A DNA stretch of 64,000 nt. It comes from Octopus bimaculoides. Its lineage: Eukaryota. Shown here one piece after another: positions 53,927 to 64,000 of the stretch; position 1 is the stretch's first letter, and each line of letters begins with the position of its first letter. The stretch covers positions 18,864,522 to 18,928,521 of the forward strand of contig NC_068990.1 of NCBI RefSeq assembly GCF_001194135.2. The letters run 5' to 3'. The notes under the pieces are model-generated. The model was not told the origin of the DNA and did not search any database. It saw nothing but the letters and a program-made list of their open reading frames with translations. The translations under genes were made by a program, and so were the position numbers.

Positions 53927-54275
53927 TTACAGGAAATTGAATATGGTCTTTTTCATACATCTAGATGTACATTGAAAATCATGCACAATTCGACCATAAA
54001 ATACTTATCTAGATGCCCAGTATGAAGGCATCAATTTGGTTTATAAAGGGCTCTTGTATTTAGATACTCAGTGTGGCCCCGAAATCCAACCAGTACGATC
54101 TGAAGCTGAATTTCATGGCCACCATATCAGACCTTAGTTGATGGAGAGAATATACTGAAGGCGACGTCCTGCAGTGGACAGAAAATATGTAAACCAATGC
54201 AAACTAGATACCCATAATGAACATTATTAATTCCTGGAAATGAGAGACCTTATAAACATGTTCATACTTGTTTTA

Positions 54276-55474
54276 CTAGGGTGTCAAGAAAGTTCTTGTG
54301 GAATTTTTAAAATTTTGGTTTTAAATGATGTATTTTCAAATTAATTGTCGTTAAATTCCTTTGACTTTATATATCATTTTAAAGCCAATATTTCGCTCTA
54401 TCTAATCGTGTTATTCTTGTTCTTTTTGAATAATTAGTCTTCTTTTCCGGAATGTTGAATACAACATGGAGAGAAAGCAAATACGCTCAATTTCTTATTC
54501 CAGTTCAAGCTAGGCCGAAAAGCTGCGATATCAACGATGCGTTTGACTCAGGAACCATTAATAAACGTACAGCACAATGGTGGTTCAAGAAATTTCGTCG
54601 CGGTAACGAGTCTTGAAGATGATAAGCGTAGTGGTCGGCCATCGGATGTTGACAACAATCAACTAAGAGCGTTAGTCGAAGCCAATCCACCCACAACTGT
54701 TCGAGAGCTTGCTTCTGAATTAACGTATACGACAATTTCCAACCACTTGAAATAGATTGGAACAACAAAAATACTTGAGAAATGGGTCCCGCACGAATTG
54801 AACGACGACCAAAAAACAAACGTCGTTTTGAAGTGTCGTCTTCTCCTTACGCAACAAGAACGACCCGTTTCTCGACCGGGTTGTGATTGGCGATGAAAAG
54901 TGGATTCTTTACGACAACCGGCGACGCTCAGTTCAGTGGTTGGACGCCGACGAAGCTCCACGGCACTTCCCGAAGCTAAAGTTTTACGAAAAGAAGGTCA
55001 CGGTGACTGTTTGGTGGTCTGCGGTCAGTCTTATCCATCACAGCCTTTTGGATCCAGGCGAAATCATTACGGTGTAGAAGTACTCTCAGACAAATGGATG
55101 AAATGCATAAGACATTCCGACAACAACAGCCAGCGTTGAGGAATAGAAAAGGACCAATTTTTCTCCACGACAACGCTCGGCCGCACGTGGCACAACTGAC
55201 CCTCCAGAAGTTGAATGAATTGGGTTTCGAAACTGTGCCTCATCCGCCATACTCACCAGACCTCTCGCCTACCGATGCCGAACACGCCTTCAACGCCTTA
55301 ATCGCCACCAGAACGCAGGATTTTTACGCTACTGGCATAAATAAACTTGTTTCACGTTGGCAAAAGTGTGTTGATTCTGATGGTGTTTATTTCGATCAAT
55401 AGTTTTGTTTGAGCCGAGATATGTGCATCTGAATTGAGAGGTAAAAAACCGTAAGAACGTTCTTGACAACCTAA
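54276..55474 (+). mobile_element. Near-complete Hsmar1/SETMAR-like mariner (DD34D), 1199 bp, with TIRs and TA target sites
   Basis: TA at 54274-75 and 55475-76. TIRs are ctagggtgtcaagaaagttcttgtgg and the reverse complement of the right end, ttaggttgtcaagaacgttcttacgg. Confidence 0.96.
54466..55402 (+). pseudogene. Frameshifted mariner transposase
   Basis: WVPHEL at 54783, GDEKWILYDN (D at 54892), HDNARPH (D at 55169), YSPDLSPTD (D at 55274, 34 codons between the last two D). Stops and frameshifts are present. Confidence 0.95.
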
Positions 55475-57335
55475 TACCTATTTTCCATCTCCAGTAAAAG
55501 ACATTTGCAGAAGAACCGGACACGAAACCATGCGTTTTCGAAGTGAACTTCGTATATATATAGTCATACCCATGTTAAGTTATTTAAAATAATTAAAACC
55601 CCATTAGTACCAAAATAATAAAATATACAGCAATATCCTCGTTTCTAATACTGCAATGTCTAACTGCAATTAAACCATACGTAAAAGTAGTTCAAATACT
55701 GGAGTTATTACCACGAATATATTTGATGATGATACAGGACAAGAAGCTGCGAACGACTTTGCATTCCAGTTTTGCTATATAAAAATATAATCTGCATGTG
55801 CTAAATGAATATATGATATTTGAATTATCGAATATAATAGAATGAAGGAGAATTATAGACATATAAATGATAGACCTGTCGATTAAAAATATAACACAAA
55901 ATACAAGAAAATATTGACATAATATAGATATTATATGAAAGAAATTATTTCTAACAAAAACCTCTTCAACTGAAAAACTATTGTATTGGCGCATTTTGAA
56001 TTTATTCATATATTACAAAATCATCGAAATAATATCGATTATTCTATAGCTGGAAAGCGTATAAAGATTGTGCTAATTAGAGCTATGCACCGTCATGCAA
56101 CGCTAATTCAATCATATTATAGATGTAGATTTGTTGAAGTATCGTTCTGTATTCAGCGGAACATTTGATATGAAAATTCTTCTAACAGGAATAACTGACT
56201 CTAATATTCCCTTATTTAGATTCAATTAGGCAAAATAAGATCTAAAAACTGACCAACCAACTACCCCACTATTCAATGGGGTATTTTCAAAAGAAAAATG
56301 AACATTTCGCATTAATACTTATCTAGAATGTACTAGATTGTTGTTATAAAAATTAATATAATCATTTATATTTATTGTATATATTTAAGGAATTGTGCTA
56401 CAGTTGGCAATCAATAATATTGCGTATTAAACGCAGTAGAATGGTAGAGACAGCCTAATGATGCTTTGCATCAATTAGTTACCTCCCTTTGTATAAAATA
56501 AACGTAGGTGTATTCTAAGTGGAACACAATCGAATATACTGTATATCGTACATATCTAAATGTCTATAAATACGAAATCACGCTTGTCTTGTAATTAGTG
56601 GAGTATTTATTAAATTCTTGATTTGTTAGCTACAATCATTAAACTGGAATAAGACTAATATTTGTTCTGTAGTCTGGTAACTCATTTAACTCAATCTATA
56701 TCTGAGCGGAATATTTCATAACCATACACTCGTTAATGAGATTGGTTATGTAACATATAAATGGCCAGTGAATAACCAGTTGCATCTTGTTGGATGTGAT
56801 ATCACATCATTTCGTTAGGCTAATTAATATGAGCGATATTTTCTCTTTGATCTTCTTAATCTACACAAGAAGATGAAACGTACAGTATTCATTTTGGATG
56901 TGAATTAACATAATTCCAAAGTTCTTCTTGTCGACACGTTCGAAATATATTGAATATTTTGCATGGTTCAATAACAATCGTTGTAAGATTTGATTTAAAG
57001 TTCAGCCGACATCGACTTCCTCTGCCATTCTATCTATATTTTCACGGTAATAATATCGATGATTTTCGGTTTTGCATTTGGTTTACAAGATTCTGAACGT
57101 GTACTCGTGTGTTGCGAAATTGTATTGGTTATTACTGGCCACTAAGCTAGTAATAATCACACGCAGTGGTTTTATGTTATTCCTTTTATTATTTTTTGTC
57201 AATTTGCAAGCATTTAACCAATTAAATAATCGAACGATTAATTTCTCCTTCGGTCATTCAATCAAACTGCTAGGTTTCTCAGTCCTTTCGTCGCCTCGTT
57301 CATGAGAAACACTCTTTACTCTATATCTGCTTCAG

Positions 57336-57358
57336 GTCTGGCAGATTGATTTGAAGCT
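57336..57358 (+). other. Candidate 23-nt microexon (VWQIDLK in phase 0)
   Basis: ctctttactctatatctgcttcag acceptor and GCT|GTGAGT donor. Confidence 0.2.
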
Positions 57359-58159
57359 GTGAGTGTTTATTATGAGCATGAAGACTGAATTCAACAAAGC
57401 ACGGTGAATTCTGTGAAGCAACCAATGAGTTGATGCTTCCATTTCTGGTTGAATCCTTTTCAATCCTCTGCTGGCAAATGATAGAAAATAGATTGCTATA
57501 CATTCCAAATTTTCCACAATAAATTCGTTAACGTATTTATTATTAAATTTTGTATTTCAATATGGGAGACTTTATACCGTTGCGGTCCTCTAGAATGATA
57601 TACAAATGTTAATATTTTGTTTTATTTCACCTCTCATAAAGCATTAATGTTTGAATTACTATCCCAGTTAGAAGAGATAAACATTTAAAGAAAGGGACAC
57701 AATGGACAGATGTTCCTTGGATGCCAAATATGCAATTCATGCTTAAAGCCGTCTTCGTTACTTCCTTCGCATATTATCACCTAAGGATCAATCATGTATA
57801 TTTTGAGTGTTGTTTATTGCTCGTGCTTACAAACCAACTGTAGAGGCATATCAAATCCTGTTCCTAAATTTTATCTTATGTTAATATATACTGTCATACA
57901 AAGTAAACTTATGTAAGACACACGGTGAGATTAAGCGCAACAAAATGCTCCGATTTTTATATTGCCAAAGGCATTCCACACATATTCTATTACTGAAAGA
58001 TGTTTCTCTCTATACTGGCTATTGATTTTATTATCGTACTGCATGACAGTAGGGATTGAGTAAACCCAAGTTTATGGTCCTTTCCGTCATTTACATCATG
58101 CCTTCCTTCACGAATAATCTATTTTCCAATGCTATTTTTAACTATTAAGAAAATAGCTA

Positions 58160-58365
58160 AGACAGCCAGCTTGGAAAGTTTTGGTTACTGCGCCGAACAA
58201 AATGTTTAATGACAATTTTTCCAACATTACGTTCTGAGTTCGAATGCTGCTGAGGTTGACTTTGTATTTTATCATTTTCGGGGTAATCGAAATAAATACC
58301 AGTTGAAAAACAGTCGAGTTCTCCACCCCTTAAATTTGATGACCCTATGCCAAAATTAAGAAAGG
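58160..58365 (+). mobile_element. Degenerate SINE group C
   Basis: ttacgttctgagttcgaatgctgctgaggttgactttgtattttatcattttcgggg. Confidence 0.8.
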
Positions 58366-58914
58366 ATTATGGAGAGGATAGTCTGCATGATGTGAGTGCG
58401 ATTCGGCTGTCATAACTAAGAGTTGGAGCGACTATTTAGTAACACAAATAGTTGTTCCTCCCTACACTGATTATTGTTGTCGTTTATCCCCAAGTTTAAG
58501 AGATAGACCTTGGGTCACACACTTGATACACCTGAGCATCTAATTTTTTTTAGAATATTAATAGCACTTTATACAAAGTATTTTGTCCTTTGTAAGAAGG
58601 TAAGAATTACGACGTATAAAATATATGACTGACATTACTAGAAGCTACGTTATTAATATCTATTAGTGGATTTATTTGAGGAATACCATATATTCATATT
58701 GCATAAAGGGGACAAGAATAGAAGGAAATACCTTTCTGTATCTTTATCTTTCAAACATACTATCTTCTAGCTGTGTTCATAAAACACTCTCAGCAATATT
58801 TTGATATCACCGGTGATCTCTCCTGCTTCTAGTATACAACCTTTCTGTTTTAACGGGATTAAATCAAACCTATTATAATTTCCGTTAATTCATTTTCTGA
58901 ATAGTTTAAAATCC

Positions 58915-59112
58915 TTTCTAGTATAGCGGCAAGACTTGAAATTTTTGGGAGGGTTTGATCTTATTTTATAGTTCCTGAAAAGAAGAAAGAGAACGTCGGC
59001 CATGGTTTAAATTTGAACTCGGCAAAATTTGAACTCAGAACGTAGCGGCAGGCAAAATGCTGCTATGCATTTCACCTGACGTGCTAACGATTCTGCCAGC
59101 TCGTCGCCCTTA
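58915..59112 (-). mobile_element. SINE group C
   Basis: aatttgaactcagaacgtagcggcaggcaaaatg...gtgctaacgattctgccagctcgtcgcc. Confidence 0.85.
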
Positions 59113-60678
59113 GCACCATTTTAATATTGACAGTTATTTTATGAAATTCGACATTATTTTCAGAAAGAGGAACGAATTGTGGATTTCTGCTATGAAACCT
59201 AAGTTTGTTAATCTCTGTGTAACTATAAGTCATACGTACTACACTATAAAAACTGTACTCACTAAGTATATTGATTAATTCTTATCGCCAGACTATCATA
59301 GTCATCCTATTGAGAAGAATTGGTAGACACTGACAGCGATTTCCAGCTCAATGTCTGGAACATAAACTTGAACCAAATACATACAGAAGAAAGAGATTTA
59401 AAGGAATAAATTATCTGTAGTAGAATGCTGCGATGAAGACAATAGTATGTTAGTTTGATAGGAATAATAATTGCATTAATAGTCAATCCACATAAAGTAG
59501 CGATGCGCTATAAATACGTTAACCAGGTTTAATAGTTTCAGCTTTTAAAGCCGAAACGAATAAAAGCATTTGAGACATACCCAAATAAATCACTTACATC
59601 AAGCTCCTGCACGCAATGAGAAAATACACGCAAAGTTACACACACACACACACACACACGCGCGCGCAAGGGCACGCGCACAAACATCACACACGCAAGC
59701 ACTCAGAGAGAAATGTATGTATACATGTGTATCCGTGTCTGTCTGAGAATGACAATATTAGGATCATTTCAGTAACATAATATAATGTAGAATAATAATT
59801 CAGACGCTAATGCTAGGTTATACTTCATTACGTGCATTATGCTGCCGTTTATGAAATGGCGAAGTCGTTCAATATTGCATCATATTTCTAAACATATATT
59901 ACTCAACACCGTTGTGTGTTATATTAGATATCTGAGATATTTTGTAACGATTAATTGACCATAGTTGCCATAATAAACTCATGTAATTTCTTAAAACCTT
60001 CCAGTAGTGTTACGTTACCAATCGAAACACTGAAACAAGTTGCAATATAAATGCTTGCGTTCGGCTATTTTTAGAGAATATCATCTTGAGGCAAAAATCA
60101 TTGGTTGCAGAAGAATTATATTGAAAATATTCATGAAATTATATTAAAATGCACGAAAATTGAAGAAAATTAGCTTAAGGCTGTAATATATCGAATATTT
60201 CATATAACTATATGCGTGGAATTGCTTCAGGTGATTGACATATCTCATTCGAAAATTCTTTTTCATACTGCGCTAGAAAGAAAATTTTATTTTAATCCAT
60301 AAAATTAACCCAAGTAATAGGAAGACGTGAGAGGAAAACATTATGAATGTAGCACAGTATATGGCACACTGGAATCTTAATAGTTTAATCTTCATACGTG
60401 GTTTATTCGAATATCAGGGACACATTATTCTTGCTTTTCTTACTGAACGATATAATTCTAGAGAGCCACTTTAGGAAACGATAAACGAAGACATATATCT
60501 AGAATTGCTGTAAAGGAGGTTATCTTTTATTTTCTGTATTTCATATGCGTATTTTCAGTATTGTTTTAGATTTAGTAAGTGATCTTATAACTACTTATTG
60601 GATACCATTCTGCATTGCTGCGTAGTCTCACTACAAAATCAGCTAAATTGGCAGAAAATGCACGATGTTTGTAATCTG

Positions 60679-60887
60679 CAGGGTGTCCACAAAGTCTGGG
60701 TACATGGGGATTAACACATACTTTAAGAAATCATGATTTCTTATATTTAATTGTTTATGATATGATTTTATTTACTCCATGTACCCACATGATTAACACA
60801 TACTTTAAGAAATTATCATTTCTTATATTTAATTGTTTATGCTATGATTTTATTTACTCCATGTACCTAGATTTTGTGGACACCCTG
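60679..60887. mobile_element. 209-bp Tc1/mariner-type MITE with an internal 82-bp-period duplication
   Basis: TIRs cagggtgtccacaaagtctgggtacatgg and ccatgtacctagattttgtggacaccctg, followed by TA. Internal units are 60709-60786 and 60791-60867. Confidence 0.92.
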
Positions 60888-61644
60888 TATAAAATCAATA
60901 TGTTTCTAATAATAATAAAGATCCTCCCTGAAGACAGAATTTATACGGATGTCAAGTGTAAGACATCATGTTGGATATATCATAAAAATATGAGTGTCTA
61001 TGCGAAGAAATGCCTATCAAGAATTTCCGCGTTGTTCCGATTAATTGTGGTGCAGAGTGTTGCTGATAATATATGGACACAGATCAACAAAGTTCAAGTG
61101 GTTCTATGATCAAAAGTGCCCTGGGTGTGCCCGTTGTTTCTATGGACAGATATTTTAAGCGTTTTACCTTTTTAATGTCATTTGAGGTATATAACTGATA
61201 TTTCACGTCTAGTAGTACCCAACATGCCACCTAGTAATGCATGAATGTATAATATATAATTTATAAATGTATTGAAGCTGCAAGGAAATTGTTGTACAGG
61301 GTATGAAATATCGCACCATATAAACACGAAATATTTCACATTTGAAAAGGACGCATTTAATGTTAACTTTAAAGCAGCCTTTGTATCAAATCGTAGCAGA
61401 GAAAACCCTGCCAATGTAATGCGAAGAAAAAATTATTTAGAAGTTTCGTAAAGCTTTCATTAACATTAAAGAATCATCAGCATCATGCAAGAAATACTTC
61501 TTCGATGTTCCATGAGATTGTGAACTAATCAAATTTTTAAAATTCCTAATTTAGATTTGCCAAATTTTAAAACAGATAGGGCGTGTGAAGAACTTTGCAA
61601 TTTTGTCGGTACCTCAACAAATGTAGCAGTTAATCTATATTTCC

Positions 61645-61985
61645 TCACTCTTACTTCCCAACCATATAGACCTGGGTTCAGTCCCACAGCGTGGCACGTT
61701 AGGAAAGTGTCTTTTACAATAACCTCGGACCGAGCAAAGCCTTCTGAGTGAATTTGGTAGACGGAAATTGAAAAATGCCCGTCCTATAGATATATATATA
61801 TAAATCGATGTGTTGGTGTGTTTGTCTCTGTGTAACTTAGAGGTTCCGCAAAAGATACCGATAGAATAAGTACAATTATTTAAAAAGGAAATACTGGGAT
61901 CGATTTATTCGACTAAAAATTCGAGGCAGTGCCTCAGCATGGCCTCAACCTAGTGACTGAGGCAAGTAAAAAATAAAAGATAATA
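61645..61985 (+). mobile_element. SINE group D, near full length
   Basis: cttcccaacc...gggttcagtcccacagcgtggcac...gacggaaattgaaa...gtaacttagaggttccgcaaaagataccgatagaataagtac...cagcatggcc. Confidence 0.9.
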
Positions 61986-62120
61986 CACGCACACACACAC
62001 ACACACNNNNNNNNNNNNNNNNNNNNNNNNNNNNNNNNNNNNNNNNNNNNNNNNNNNNNNNNNNNNNNNNNNNNNNNNNNNNNNNNNNNNNNNNNNNNNN
62101 NNNNNNNNNNNNNNNNNNNN

Positions 62121-62151
<31 letters not shown>

Positions 62152-62349
62152 GATATGTATATATACACACGTGAGTAAACAAAGGTAAGAAAATAGCACT
62201 CAAAATGTACATAATTTCTTGGAGTTTCATGTATTTTACAACAGTCTGCCTCAGATCCATACCCACCAAGCGGACAAGTAGGACATGCCTACTTCATGAA
62301 ATACTCGGAGTAAGGAAGCGCTCTGTCAAGCTTTTTATTATATAGTGAA

Positions 62350-62350
<1 letters not shown>

Positions 62351-62403
<53 letters not shown>
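62351..62403. repeat. (TATC)n microsatellite
   Basis: Directly visible. Confidence 0.97.
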
Positions 62404-64000
62404 GTATTTCTCTTCCTCTCTATATATGTGGTTGTGTTTGAGTGTGTTTGTGTCTGTGTGCCTTTGAGTGTGCACTATAAAGTATGACTAATTTCAGAAA
62501 ACTCTTCTAATATAAGCATTTGAAGAACTTCTGTATAAAATAATCGGCTTTGTTTTGCTTATTTACTAAAAGTAAAAAGTGTATTATCAGAATCTTCCAA
62601 GGAGGAAAATGTAAAGCGATTGAGAAAATACTGAACTGTTTTCTAATATATTTGTTAGTTGTTTAATCATTCTTCAAAATATATAGCTGTTTCATTAGCA
62701 GATAATTAAATTAACAAAACATCGCGTCTAATTATATTTTCTAAAACTTATGATGTAATATTTTACAAGCTACGTTTATGCAATTTATAATATGATCGCA
62801 TTAATCTATTCGCTGTCAAAATTTTTCCTTCTGTTTTCACGCTCTCTTTTACTTTGAAACAATAAATAATTGGATAAATAGAAAATTCAATTTTAGTCGT
62901 CAGCAACAGCGTCAATTTTCTTTCGATGATAGAAAATGCCAGTAACTAAACAGAGTTGACAAATTAGTATATTTCTAACTAGAAGTTATTATTTTATAAT
63001 GACAGTGAATGAAATTACTTCAGAAATTAACATATACTGGAAAAATGAGGCAAAAAAAAGATAAATAGAAATAAACGAATAACATTTTGATAGACTTTTA
63101 TTGAAATTGTCAAAAATTGTTCCAATGTATTTTCTTAAAGGTTCTAGAGAAAATAAGATCAGAAAGAAAAATATATGAAAATATTTGAAAGTACTTATGA
63201 TGTGGTAGCAGATAAAATGTTCATGTTATAGTGGTTTGGCATTATATATATGTATAAACTAATGAGCGCATAAATGAGTAACTAGCATTTTATGTTTAAT
63301 GTAATGAGCACGTGCTTCAGTAAGCTGACTGCTGTTGTTATGTAAGCCGCTTAGTCCTACTATACATAATTAGTTGACATGCTTCATCAGTACTATATTG
63401 GTTACGTTTCCTGAGTTCATTAGTTTCAAGAGGTTGGATTTATGATGGTTGTTCTGTAACTTCGTTGATCATGGCAGTGGAATGTAGAACATTGAGTAAA
63501 TTATCGCATTTTCCGGGTCATACTTTGTAGCACACCCACACACCCACACACACTCAGACGCACGCAATTATACACATATACTTATGTATTTATCCGTTGT
63601 ACACCTGTTCATCTGGTTCCCCTAGTTTATTTTAACCTTAGCTCTCTTAAAATAGCTACGATGATATTTATACACCGAAAACTTTGGGTTTGAAAAACTA
63701 GAGGCCGATAAATTTAGTACTAGACTACATATATATTCACGTTAAAGTGTACCACCTCGAATGCTTTATTGTCTTATTTATTAACAATTAAAATTTAGAT
63801 AATTGGGTTCCGCCAAACAAACGATAATATTTGATAAAAAAAATATCACTTCAAAATATTTCTTAGTTATTTGATCAAGATATCTCTTTAGTTTGTATAT
63901 TGACAAATGTGCCTTATTCATACAGATATTAGAGCAAAAAATTGACAGTCACATTTTATGTTATGATCGACTAAAACCCTTCAAGCTGTTGCCCTCGTAT

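Noticed and set aside
57321-57517. Two overlapping 60-61 aa minus-strand ORFs after an acceptor-like site
   Set aside because: No homology, and both end in stops with no donor, so they cannot be supported as an exon.
60709-60867. Direct repeat that might suggest a CRISPR or satellite array
   Set aside because: Only two adjacent units with no unique spacer, enclosed by MITE TIRs, in eukaryotic DNA.

Overview
This is AT-rich, repeat-dense eukaryotic genomic DNA from a gapped short-read scaffold (13 N-runs, most flanked by (AT)n/(GT)n). The repeat families and microsatellite load point to an Octopus-like cephalopod genome; that is an inference from pattern recognition, not a database match. I find no intact protein-coding gene, rRNA, true tRNA or CRISPR array. 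The long entries in the ORF track are artefacts of microsatellites and N-gaps. The window holds: about 25 tRNA-derived SINE copies or fragments in four groups (my labels A-D); four 5'-truncated R4/Dong-like RLE non-LTR fragments stacked in (TAA)n tracts, plus a tentative fifth non-LTR 3' piece; a LINE ORF1 remnant; three mariner remnants, one a near-complete Hsmar1/SETMAR-like DD34D copy with both TIRs; Tigger/pogo and hAT transposase fossils; a MITE family; and a Penelope-like terminal-repeat region. The most interesting signals are a minimal type-I hammerhead ribozyme motif beside a 131-bp, ~97% identical inverted repeat (2350-3491), a 68-nt pre-miRNA-like hairpin in apparently unique DNA (46152-46219), and a recursive-splice-site or microexon-like junction (15081-15120). 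Several isolated plus-strand exon candidates could mean the window lies in a long intron, but I could not assemble them into a gene. I do not see convincing evidence for a wholly new multi-gene system.
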